Assembly (NCBI GenBank): GCA_040954595.2
Contig: CM082587.2
Coordinates: 11,709,162 to 11,773,161, forward strand
DNA length: 64,000 nt
Reading direction: 5' to 3'
Source of the DNA: Balanoglossus misakiensis
Lineage: Eukaryota > Animalia > Hemichordata
Part shown: piece by piece, positions 30,001 through 39,755 of the stretch
How the letters are laid out: every line of letters begins with the position of its first letter
Numbering within the stretch: position 1 is the stretch's first letter
Position numbers and translations under genes: made by a program
Notes under the pieces: generated by a model
The model's database searches: none
What the model saw: the letters and a program-made list of their open reading frames with translations, nothing else
Told to the model about the DNA's origin: nothing

Positions 30001-31610
30001 AGCATTCATTCATGCGAGTGAGTGTAATTGCAAATTTGCCTATTCTAGATCTGTAATGGAAATGGAGAAAGTACCTTATATTTTCTGTAAAATAGACATT
30101 TAATTGGCAAGCCGTCCTGCATCAATTATTAATTGTGTACATGCACTAAAGCGCCCTCACTGCTGGGTGTGTTGTATGGTCTTTAACCCTGTTTCAAATT
30201 AGAGTACTTTCTGCAATTTCAAGACAGATCTTACGTGCCATTGGAGAGCTCCATTGACTGGTCATTCATACTGTTTTCATTCATTCATTGCGGCATCAAT
30301 ATATTTTATCTATTCTAGCCAAAGAGCTTGGCACCTGTTGAAATGAACTCATCTGCTGTGGGCCAGTTTATTGGTGGCAGTTGAGCTGAGGAGAGCACCT
30401 TCCTTCCCGGCACGCCACCAAGTAAAGTTCCACGCCGCCCACCACAGATGCCAGCATTCATTCATGCGAGTGAGTGTAATTGCAAATTTGCCTATTCTAG
30501 AATTACGTGCCATTGGAGAGCTCCATTGACTGGTCATTCATACTGTTTTCATTCATTCATTGCGGCATCAATATATTTTATCTATTCTAGCCAAAGAGCT
30601 TGGCACCTGTTGAAATGAACTCATCTGCTGTGGGCCAGTTTATTGGTGGCAGTTGAGCTGAGGAGAGCACCTTCCTTCCCGGCACGCCACCAAGTAAAGT
30701 TCCACGCCGCCCACCACAGATGCCAGCATTCATTCATGCGAGTGAGTGTAATTGCAAATTTGCCTATTCTAGATCTGTAATGGAAATGGAGAAAGTACCT
30801 TATATTTTCTGTAAAATAGACATTTAATTGGCAAGCCGTCCTGCATCAATTATGAATTGTGTACATGCACTAAAGCGCCCTCACTGCTGGGTGTGTTGTA
30901 TGGTCTTTAACCCTGTTTCAAATTAGAGTACTTTCTGCAATTTCAAGACAGATCTTACGTGCCATTGGAGAGCTCCATTGACTGGTCATTCATACTGTTT
31001 TCATTCATTCATTGCGGCATCAATATATTTTATCTATTCTAGCCAAAGAGCTTGGCACCTGTTGAAATGAACTCATCTGCTGTGGGCCAGTTTATTGGTG
31101 GCAGTTGAGCTGAGGAGAGCACCTTCCTTCCCGGCACGCCACCAAGTAAAGTTCCACGCCGCCCACCACAGATGCCAGCATTCATTCATGCGAGTGAGTG
31201 TAATTGCAAATTTGCCTATTCTAGATCTGTAATGGAAATGGAGAAAGTACCTTATATTTTCTGTAAAATAGACATTTAATTGGCAAGCCGTCCTGCATCA
31301 ATTATGAATTGTGTACATGCACTAAAGCGCCCTCACTGCTGGGTGTGTTGTATGGTCTTTAACCCTGTTTCAAATTAGAGTACTTTCTGCAATTTCAAGA
31401 CAGATCTTACGTGCCATTGGAGAGCTCCATTGACTGGTCATTCATACTGTTTTCATTCATTCATTGCGGCATCAATATATTTTATCTATTCTAGCCAAAG
31501 AGCTTGGCACCTGTTGAAATGAACTCATCTGCTGTGGGCCAGTTTATTGGTGGCAGTTGAGCTGAGGAGAGCACCTTCCTTCCCGGCACGCCACCAAGTA
31601 AAGTTCCACG
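1..31610. repeat. Tandem satellite-like array, left block: ~273-bp unit with (452 bp) or without (272/274/275 bp) a 177-bp TIR insert
   Basis: AATGAACTCATC recurs at 1, 453, 725... (periods 452, 272). The ORF track marks 26 short monomers and the remaining length implies ~54 long ones. Copies differ only at a few recurrent SNPs. The block runs off the window start. Confidence 0.98.
162..338. mobile_element. 177-bp non-autonomous TIR mini-element (representative copy; ~75 copies in the array)
   Basis: Left end CTGTAATGGAAATGGAGAAAGTAC versus reverse complement of right end CTGTCTTGAAATTGCAGAAAGTAC (19/24 identical). Flanked by AT at 160-161 and 339-340. Cleanly absent from short monomers. Confidence 0.85.
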
Positions 31611-33403
31611 TGCATTCCTGGCCCTGGTTTTATTTATGTTTACAGACAATATTGCATTTTTGTACAAGTATTTTAATCAACTATAAATTTTGAATGTGTC
31701 ATTTACCTGAACCGGTCATGTTGACCAGAATGATACATTTCTGCCTTCACTCACCCTATAAATATGTGATTGAGACATAGGTCATTTGCATAAGCTAACA
31801 TACCAGAAAGTAAGCATATCTGTTGTTTTCCCTGTGTCACTGCCATCAAAGTAAAAATTAGACGTTGTGTAGAGCAAACTCCAATTTTTTGTTCTCAATA
31901 AACATGGATGAATTACATAGAATGTGTTTGTTGTTTACAGTCTTTAAATGACACATTAGATTATGCACTTTACAAAACGTTTCTGAGAAACAAGTGACTA
32001 ACTAGTTTCTTTCCACTGTGGCCAACGTGGTTCACTGTTTGTGTCAGAATCTCTCTGTTTTGCAAGGATTTTGAAATCATAGTGGTGACATGCATAGTGA
32101 AAATCAGCTACTTTCAAATGTCCGTCATGTTCATGCTGTAATTGAATTTTCAAAGCTGGGCTGGCGTGTTTTTTCTTATTTACATAAGTATCACACTTTA
32201 TACATGTATCTTCATGGGGTTTTTTGAGTCCCGTATTTAGGTCCTCTCTCACAATTTTACGAAATATCGTATAACTGACAGTTGTTCTTCCCAGAAGAGA
32301 TTGGTTGGTTATGAACTCTCGGTGTAACTGCGATATACTGTGGTCCGGCGCCAGGTACGGTTTAAATCGAGGATTCCTGCAGTAGTGAGATTCTACAATT
32401 CTGTGCCTGCGTACGTGTTCAGTGATATCAGTCAGCAAATTTGGATTGAGTTTCCGACGATGCCCTTTGTGTCGGCCCCTTGCATCTGGCATCAGACCAG
32501 TAAAGTTCCATGTGCATTCCTGGCCCTGGTTTTATTTATGTTTACAGACAATATTGCATTTTTGTACAAGTATTTTAATCAACTATAAATTTTGAATGTG
32601 TCATTTACCTGAACCGGTCATGTTGACCAGAATGATACATTTCTGCCTTCACTCACCCTATAAATATGTGATTGAGACATAGGTCATTTGCATAAGCTAA
32701 CATACCAGAAAGTAAGCATATCTGTTGTTTTCCCTGTGTCACTGCCATCAAAGTAAAAATTAGACGTTGTGTAGAGCAAACTCCAATTTTTTGTTCTCAA
32801 TAAACATGGATGAATTACATAGAATGTGTTTGTTGTTTACAGTCTTTAAATGACACATTAGATTATGCACTTTACAAAACGTTTCTGAGAAACAAGTGAC
32901 TAACTAGTTTCTTTCCACTGTGGCCAACGTGGTTCACTGTTTGTGTCAGAATCTCTCTGTTTTGCAAGGATTTTGAAATCATAGTGGTGACATGCATAGT
33001 GAAAATCAGCTACTTTCAAATGTCCGTCATGTTCATGCTGTAATTGAATTTTCAAAGCTGGGCTGGCGTGTTTTTTCTTATTTACATAAGTATCACACTT
33101 TATACATGTATCTTCATGGGGTTTTCTGAGTCCCGTATTTAGGTCCTCTCTCACAATTTTACGAAATATCGTATAACTGACAGTTGTTCTTCCCAGAAGA
33201 GATTGGTTGGTTATGAACTCTCGGTGTAACTGCGATATACTGTGGTCCGGCGCCAGGTACGGTTTAAATCGAGGATTCCTGCAGTAGTGAGATTCTACAA
33301 TTCTGTGCCTGCGTACGTGTTCAGTGATATCAGTCAGCAAATTTGGATTGAGTTTCCGACGATGCCCTTTGTGTCGGCCCCTTGCATCTGGCATCAGACC
33401 AGT
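31597..33403. repeat. 902-bp direct tandem duplication (31597-32498 / 32499-33400)
   Basis: ORF stops at 31998 and 32900 are 902 bp apart. Both copies begin AGTAAAGTTCCA(C/T)GTGCATTCC, with AGT microhomology at the breakpoint (33401-33403). Only two differences were noticed between copies. Confidence 0.95.
31998..32498 (-). pseudogene. Duplicated 3' half of the transposase N-terminal-domain gene
   Basis: The 164-aa ORF is identical to the C-terminal half of the 32900-33856 protein except R->K (GLKKP vs GLRKP). It is created by the 902-bp duplication and lacks the 5' half. Confidence 0.85.
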
Positions 33404-33856
33404 TGAACAGTGCATCATTTTGCTTAGAACGGTTCTAGTCCGCCTCTCACTAATGCCAAATAATTTCAGGAATGCATTTTTGCAGACAGTAACCGTTTCA
33501 CCGCCTTCATTCACCAGGTGATAACGAACCGATTTCTTGTGTGACTTCATCTGTATATCCATCAGTTTGTAGAGCATCAAGTTCTGTTCATTATACACGC
33601 GACCATCAAAATATTTTCTCGTGGTGCCTAAAACATGCGTACTCCCAAGCTTCCGCAGACAATTCCCTTGAACGCAGGCGCATTCCAAGGAAAGACTGTC
33701 AATATCTGGAAAAGGGCGATTTTTCCTTGGTTTTTGTCTCGGACACGTCTTTTTAGAATTCCTACGTGGCTTGTTGGCTCGAGCTGACAGTTCGGTTCTG
33801 CGTTGCTGCCACACAGGAATGGGTTCCCACGCATAAGCAACTCCCCGGCAGGCCAT
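32900..33856 (-). CDS. Sola1-like transposase, N-terminal (Cys/His, DNA-binding) half, 318 aa
   Basis: Open frame from ATG 33856. Motifs VCKNAFLKLFGIS, DARGRH, ESHYCR, YL..DHSI, F/L.KPHEDTCIKCD and a downstream H...A helix match the region preceding the catalytic core in Sola1-type transposases (recognised by eye). Confidence 0.75.
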   Translation of the reverse strand: MACRGVAYAWEPIPVWQQRRTELSARANKPRRNSKKTCPRQKPRKNRPFPDIDSLSLECACVQGNCLRKLGSTHVLGTTRKYFDGRVYNEQNLMLYKLMDIQMKSHKKSVRYHLVNEGGETVTVCKNAFLKLFGISERRTRTVLSKMMHCSTGLMPDARGRHKGHRRKLNPNLLTDITEHVRRHRIVESHYCRNPRFKPYLAPDHSISQLHREFITNQSLLGRTTVSYTIFRKIVREDLNTGLRKPHEDTCIKCDTYVNKKKHASPALKIQLQHEHDGHLKVADFHYACHHYDFKILAKQRDSDTNSEPRWPQWKETS

Positions 33857-34027
33857 GGTCACAGCTGAAGTATTTGTTCAAGTACTGACTGACTAAACGC
33901 GGCATGGAACAAACGAACGAACGAACGAACGACTTCACGTTCGGAAAAAAAATCGTTGCGAGCTGTTGGGTGCCTCTATAGTTGTCGGCAACCGTTCTTT
34001 TTTATTGCTAAACAATGCTGTCAGAGC
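33857..34027. promoter_or_regulatory. Putative bidirectional promoter between the two transposase half-genes
   Basis: 171 bp between divergent ATGs (33856 on -, 34028 on +). CpG-rich relative to flanks; contains (AACG)n and the imperfect palindrome GTTGTCGGCAAC. Confidence 0.5.
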
Positions 34028-35041
34028 ATGGAAGGTGTGGTGGAAAACGAACAGAGGTTTTGTACGACCAACGATTGGATGGTGCTACATATGGACTTCC
34101 ACAAGTCATTGCCGGTTCCTAAACTCAGCTCTGAAGACTTTTACTTTAAATCGAAATTGCAAATGAAGCTCCTTGGAATTTACAACGGGACAACGGAAAA
34201 GATGCATTGTTATGTATGGACAGAGCTCGATAGCAGAAAGTCTCCCGATGAAGTTATTACCTGTCTAAATCACTTTTTTTATAACTCGGGTGTGACCAGC
34301 AGACATGCAGTTATTTACAGCGACAACTGCCGTGCCGAATTCAAGTGTGGGAAGTTAATGTTTTACTATGACTATCTGTTACGAAAGGGCGTGTTTCGAC
34401 GAATTGACTATAAAACTCTTGTGGCTGGACACACGTACTCCACCTGTGACCGAGTTTTTGCGTCCATTGAAAGGCATGCAAGTCGTTTCCAGAGTATAGA
34501 GACACCTCACGATTGGACATCTGTGATTCGAGGATCTTCTCTGAATGGGAACATTGGAGTTACGGAGATGACTCACAGAGACTTTTTCAATTATTCTGAT
34601 TTCCTGAAAAATGAGTACGTTGTGCGTTATGCAGATACAAACAATGTAACTTTTTACTACCAAGCCATGCACTATTTTAATTTTGGAGAAGGAGAAAGGC
34701 TTGATACCGACGGCAACCTCAGAACATTTAGTCATGCAGATAAAGTTTGGGTGAGAACATCTCTAGATCCAAGCGAGACCCCGATTGTAGTCGACTTTAG
34801 AAAGAAGAAGCAGAACCGGCGTTTACAAGATTGTACGCTGAACAAACTTTATCAGGAACGTCGACCACTGGCGAGCAAAGTTTGGCGGGATCTTCAGAGT
34901 TTAGCCAAAAATTACCTGTCTCCGGAGGCAATAGAATTTTATAGGAATCTACCGCTTCAGGAGAGTAGTGGCACCTCTGCAGACCCGTACGCCTTTCATG
35001 ATGATGACGACGACGATGATGATGATATGGGCGGTGGTTGA
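34028..35041 (+). CDS. Sola1-like DDD transposase catalytic half, 337 aa
   Basis: Intact ORF from first ATG. Motifs LHMDFHKSLPVP, CYVWTE...KSPDEVITCL, IYSDNC and GHTYSTCDRVF give a complete D-D-D triad in an RNase H-like core. Acidic C-terminal tail. Confidence 0.85.
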   Translation: MEGVVENEQRFCTTNDWMVLHMDFHKSLPVPKLSSEDFYFKSKLQMKLLGIYNGTTEKMHCYVWTELDSRKSPDEVITCLNHFFYNSGVTSRHAVIYSDNCRAEFKCGKLMFYYDYLLRKGVFRRIDYKTLVAGHTYSTCDRVFASIERHASRFQSIETPHDWTSVIRGSSLNGNIGVTEMTHRDFFNYSDFLKNEYVVRYADTNNVTFYYQAMHYFNFGEGERLDTDGNLRTFSHADKVWVRTSLDPSETPIVVDFRKKKQNRRLQDCTLNKLYQERRPLASKVWRDLQSLAKNYLSPEAIEFYRNLPLQESSGTSADPYAFHDDDDDDDDDMGGG

Positions 35042-35423
35042 ACAAACTGTCCTTTTCATGACGACAGTGATTTTGGATATTTGATGTGCGTGCACAGTTT
35101 ATATGTAATATTTTCACACGAACGAGTTTTGACTGAATTTGATTAAAGAATGTACTCGATAATTAACAAATGTGCTGAATCGTGGTTATTATGTTGTTAA
35201 TTTTTGTTTGTTTGTTTGTTTGTTTGTAAACAATTTCCGTTCATTCAACTGGCTACAAAGTTGGATTTTTGTACTGGGAAGCGATAAACTCGCACATCAA
35301 AACCGGGGAGACTCGATCATTTTTCCCTGCAGGTAGCCTGAAAAGCACCCGGGCAGAGATTACGTCATATATGGTCCACTTTAATACGAAATTATGCAAA
35401 TGTGACATTTCACGGAAACGGCG

Positions 35424-35433
35424 TATATAAAAG
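35424..35433 (+). promoter_or_regulatory. TATA box upstream of the wH-SET gene
   Basis: TATATAAAAG about 100 bp upstream of ATG 35525. Confidence 0.5.
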
Positions 35434-35524
35434 CGACCCTGGGCTATTGTTCGGAATGCGTCATCGACGAGAGAGTGACTGATAATTCTTCTACCTCGAG
35501 TCAACCATTCTGTATATACTGAAC

Positions 35525-36851
35525 ATGGCTAGCTGGCGCAGGAAGAGACAAGGCAATGTGCGGTCTGTAATCAACGAACGGCACCGCTCAGTTCAGTGTC
35601 CCTTTCTTCAAAAGTGGATCGGTGAGCAATTGGTATTTTCAGGTCGTTCAGAGGATGAAGTCCAGTCCAGTACTGTATTTGAGAGCTACAAATGTTGGGT
35701 TGAAAACTATTCGTCGGCGGACAATCAAGTAATGATTATGGTTACTAAAGCTCGATTTTTCAAGGTGAGAATGATCGCATTTTTCTTCCCCCCCCCCCTC
35801 CCTCCCCCAAGGGACTCGTTTTCTGTCTCTTTTAAACCTGTAACTTAACGAAAAGGAAGTTTTTCACATATCTCTTTGTTGACACTATAGCAATTTGGAG
35901 CGCGGATGCTTCAAGAGAATAGCGTTACCAAATCAAAGTCGGCCGGGGTTAATATTTATAGAGGTGTTCGTCTGAAAGCTGGTTCGCGAAGAATCTCAAC
36001 GGGGAAACCTGAGCACAGTGTACTTCAGACCAGGGCAAGGGCATTTCTTGATGACGCCAGCGTGACCGTTCCGATCGAGGTAAGAATGGTGTTTTGTTTG
36101 GACTAGGACAATAGAACGTTGCAATGAGTGTGTCAATGGGTGTCCAAGTGCAAACGTGGTCGGCTTCTGTCCACAAATGCCATTAATTTTAGGCAGGATT
36201 TATAAAATTGTCAATGAAGAATACAAAAATGAAAAACAATAGTTAATAGCAAACGGGTAGGATTGCAAGGGCTTGTAAAACGGTACACACTGTACCAGGA
36301 AGTTTGCAACACTAATGAAGAATGTATATGATATATTTAGGTGAGAACTGTTCGCGATCGCCGGGACGCAGGACGGTGCGCGTTTTCGACGAGGGATCTT
36401 CAAGCCTGGAACGTCGTCTGCGAATACCGGGGCACGGTTATTAGCGTTGAAGAAGCTAGTCGGCGTGATGAACTTTACAGGGCAGAGGGGAAACGACCAC
36501 GCATGTTTCATCTCTACATTGGAAAGAGACACGTTGTGTGAGTGTATCACTTAGTCGAATATATGGTCATATATTGCAAAGCATCTGTCGAAATAGAAAA
36601 CGTAATATTGTCTATATTTTCCTCATTAACGCAGCATTGACGGATACGATGTCCCAGCCGGTGAAGAAAATTTAGCGGGCCTAATAAATCACAGTCAGCA
36701 GAACGCCAACTTGGTACCGGTTCGGATCGGAGAGCGCCTGGTTTTCTTTGCAACCAGGAATCTTTGTCAGGGAGTAGAGCTTTTGTATGATTACGGTGAC
36801 GGGGGTGAAGAGGATTTCTTCAGTGGTTCTCAAACTTTTCCTGAAAATTAA
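35525..36851 (+). CDS. Spliced gene (~280 aa): N-terminal winged-helix (RFX/D5-C-terminal-like) domain + SET-domain lysine methyltransferase (KMT5A/SET8-like). Exons 35525-35764, 35891-36079, 36341-36537, 36635-36851
   Basis: GT-AG introns (AAG|gtgaga...tag, GAG|gtaaga...tag, GT|gtgagt...cag) join in frame. SET motifs GRCAFSTR, VCEYRG, IDG, GLINHS and ELLYDYGD are present. The N-terminus W...VFESYKCW...RFFKQFG...IYRGVRLK resembles a winged helix (less certain). Confidence 0.8.
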
Positions 36852-37758
36852 GGCATTAACACATCAACGCTTCGGGATGTCGTAACGGCGGCAAGGCGGG
36901 GGGGGGGGGGGGGGGGCGTGAAAATGTTTGTATCAGGAACAAAATTCCCGTGCAAATCACCTTGATCCGGGTGGGTGGACTATTCGCGACAAATGTTGAA
37001 ATCATACAAAGCATTTTACTTAATTAACCCATTTTTTTCATTTATTTGTTTACAGTTTACAACGTCATAGAGAAGTTGAACTAGAGACTGGATCAGCGTG
37101 GGTGACACCATAGTACACCAATGTTTTCTTCAGTTTGATTCAATTGTAATTTAAAACTGAGATTGCCTAACGCTTTCCCAGATTTTTTTAACCACTGAGA
37201 AACTGTGGGTTTTTTTCTGGGTTTTGGTGCGAGGTGATCTCAGTCAGTGGTGTTAATTTAATTAATCATTTTCTTTTCCTATTTACGTCGACTGAAATGT
37301 ATTTTGATAGGTGATAGTCATACCATAAAAAAATCTTACGGCGCGACTGCCAAAATGTACATTTATTTGTCCGTTCCAAGTTATTTTGTGTATGTGTGAT
37401 GGGTGCCGGTGACTGTGCAGGGTTGATTTCCCTAGAGCGACTGTTATATTCGTTTTCCAACGATGATGAATTTACATGTTATTTGCTTGGCATTTTGACG
37501 CAGAGACACTTCTGAAAACACAAACCTATTAATTATGCCACGGGTGTAAATTGATCACATTAAAAGAGGCTTTAGACGTTTGCCGCGAGCTCCTGGTGGG
37601 CAGAATCTTGTCAGCCCAAATTTGACTATAAGTACATAGCCAATGATGTGACGCTCTCCCACATCCTTCGCCGCGCCTTTTCGCTGATTTACAGCATCTT
37701 GCGTAAACACTGTCATTTGATCTTGCTTGGCAGAAGTCAACTTGCTCTATACTACATT

Positions 37759-38124
37759 ATGGCGGCCAAGCTCAACTGCATATCAGATAATGCCAAGGAG
37801 CGTTTGAGAGGCATCCTCGCCAGAAGGAGTCGCGTTTCCGGTGACTGTGTGCTCTGGACGGGTGCAGCTTGTCGAAACGGCTATGGCTCTATTACGTTCA
37901 GAGATGAGAACACTCTAACCGCCTATGTCCATCACATTGCACTCCTAATTAACGGAGTGCAATTGGTGGGCAGGCGGTTAGAGTGTTCTCATCTTTGCAA
38001 CGAAAAGCTATGCATCCGCCCAGAGCACATTGTCCAGGAAACGCGACTCCTAAACATTTCACGAAAGACGTGCTTTAAATCCCCAAAAGGGGAGTGTCAC
38101 CACGATCCCAGGTGCCTAAGGTGA
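37759..38124 (+). CDS. His-Me finger endonuclease (His-Cys box / zinc-binding loop homing-endonuclease-like), 121 aa
   Basis: Motifs CVLWTG...NGYG, YVHH, SHLCNEKLCIRPEHI, E...N..R..C and C.H.PRC are the I-PpoI-like signature. First ATG at 37759 in the 37648-38124 frame. Confidence 0.85.
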   Translation: MAAKLNCISDNAKERLRGILARRSRVSGDCVLWTGAACRNGYGSITFRDENTLTAYVHHIALLINGVQLVGRRLECSHLCNEKLCIRPEHIVQETRLLNISRKTCFKSPKGECHHDPRCLR

Positions 38125-38376
38125 GTAATCCTCTTCTCATTTGATATGTATTGTGTGACCCTGCAGTTGAAACGCTTTCATCAATAATTTGCGGCGCGTG
38201 GGTAATCTCGGTGTTATTGACAATGCAGCCGGCCCAAACATTTTTAAATTAACACTGTTTCTGACTGTATTAACGAAATGTCCAATTTGCAAGTAGCCTA
38301 TAGACAACCCTTTTGAATGAGTTTTGTCTCGTTGAGATTTTATACATAAGGAACAATCTAGATTTATTTTAGAAGA

Positions 38377-38795
38377 CACTGTTCTTTTAAAACAGCTAGC
38401 ATAATACAGCTAAATTTCGGAATTTCCGGACAATTTTCGGAATTCCTTTTAAATTTGAGAAATTTTTCATCAGATATAAGTGTTACTATTTATTGGACAT
38501 GTTTTTATCATTGTTTACTTTTTAAGGTCATTCTCATCCCCCCCCCCCCCCCAAAAAAAAAGCCGCTTTAGGCTTCATGTTCAGTAAAAAATCTGGAAAG
38601 TTCAGCTGAATTTTACACTGATCACACATTTTTGGGAAGGTCTGGCGCAAAATAAAGGATGACAAATGTAAATCTAATGTCACATTTGTAAACCTCTAAG
38701 TATTGTACACTCATTCTATTAAGTATATGCAAATAGTACGGATAATTTTTTCGGAATGTGGAATTCCGAAATTAGTTCGGAACGTGTTAGCAGTG
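38377..38795. mobile_element. Possible nested small non-autonomous element
   Basis: CACTG...CAGTG termini, subterminal inverted motif (CTAAATTTCGGAATT / AATTCCGAAATTAG), and AAGA directly repeated on both flanks. Confidence 0.4.
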
Positions 38796-39107
38796 AAGAG
38801 ATCACCACTGAGGGTTGGAAGGCCTTGCCAGAAATTAACGCGTAAAGTACGCCCTCACAGGCCATGTAAACAAGGTCAAATAAGGCCGTCTGGCAAACGA
38901 ATGATTAATTCAACGCGCCATTTGAGCCGAGCTGAGTTGGTCTGAGTTGCGTATCACACAGACTTAGGCTGAATGTCAGTGGAGTAACCAGTCCGTTTTA
39001 GATTTACCAATGATGTGAATTTAATTTCTTCACCCAGAAAAACAGAACACAACTTGTCTGCAACATGATGCTGGAGGTGACACATGACAGAGAAGTGGAT
39101 CCGCGTT

Positions 39108-39440
39108 GTCAACACAGATGCCAGCATTCAAAAGGGGAGTGCCACCTGCTAAAATCAACTCATCTGCTGTTGGCCCATTTTACCTGTGGCAACTGTTCAG
39201 AGGAGACAACGTTTATTCCGTGCAAGCCAACACGCAATGTTGGGGTCTACCTGTCAACACAGATGCAAGCATTCATGTGAGTGAGTATCAGGACTGACCT
39301 TGTTTTGCTGAATAATTCATAATGCCTATTTTAGAATTCTTAGAGGCATTTGGAGTTCATTGCCTGGTCAACCAAACTACACCCCTTAACAGCTGAAACA
39401 AAATGCGTATTGTGTTCATTCATTCATTGCTTCAATATAT
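39108..39440 (+). repeat. Diverged single copy of the array unit inside the gene island
   Basis: Colinear blocks AACTCATCTGCTGT, GAGGAGA, CACAGATGC.AGCATTCAT, GAGTGAGT, GCCTATT.TAGAATTCTTA, CATTG.CTGGTCA and TTCATTCATTCATTGC, with many substitutions and indels. Confidence 0.9.
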
Positions 39441-39755
39441 ATAGGCAACATGAGTATCAAGTAGCACTATTTGTTTACGATTGTATTCATGAAAACTTCC
39501 CACTAACAATTCCACAGTTAATATTGAACACATTTATCCAACAAGGTCAAAAGAAAAAGGGAATCTTCTGGTTCCAAAATACGCCACAAATGTGGGTCAA
39601 CATACAGTGAAATATTATGGTGCTCAAATATGCAACATATCAAATCTGTCTCATCAAAGTCATGCTTTAAAAAAGAATTGAAAAGGTATTATTTATCCAT
39701 TTGACTGCTGTATTTTCAGAAGGAAAACAAACTGAATTTGGTTTTTCATGTACAA

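Noticed and set aside
32340-35504. Short overlapping or antisense ORFs around the transposase genes
   Set aside because: They are shadows of the real coding frames and have no motifs.
36821-37197. hAT-like terminus CAGTGGTTCTCAAAC with a possible partner AACCACTG
   Set aside because: Only 8 bp of inverted match, no 8-bp TSD, and the left motif lies in the SET reading frame.
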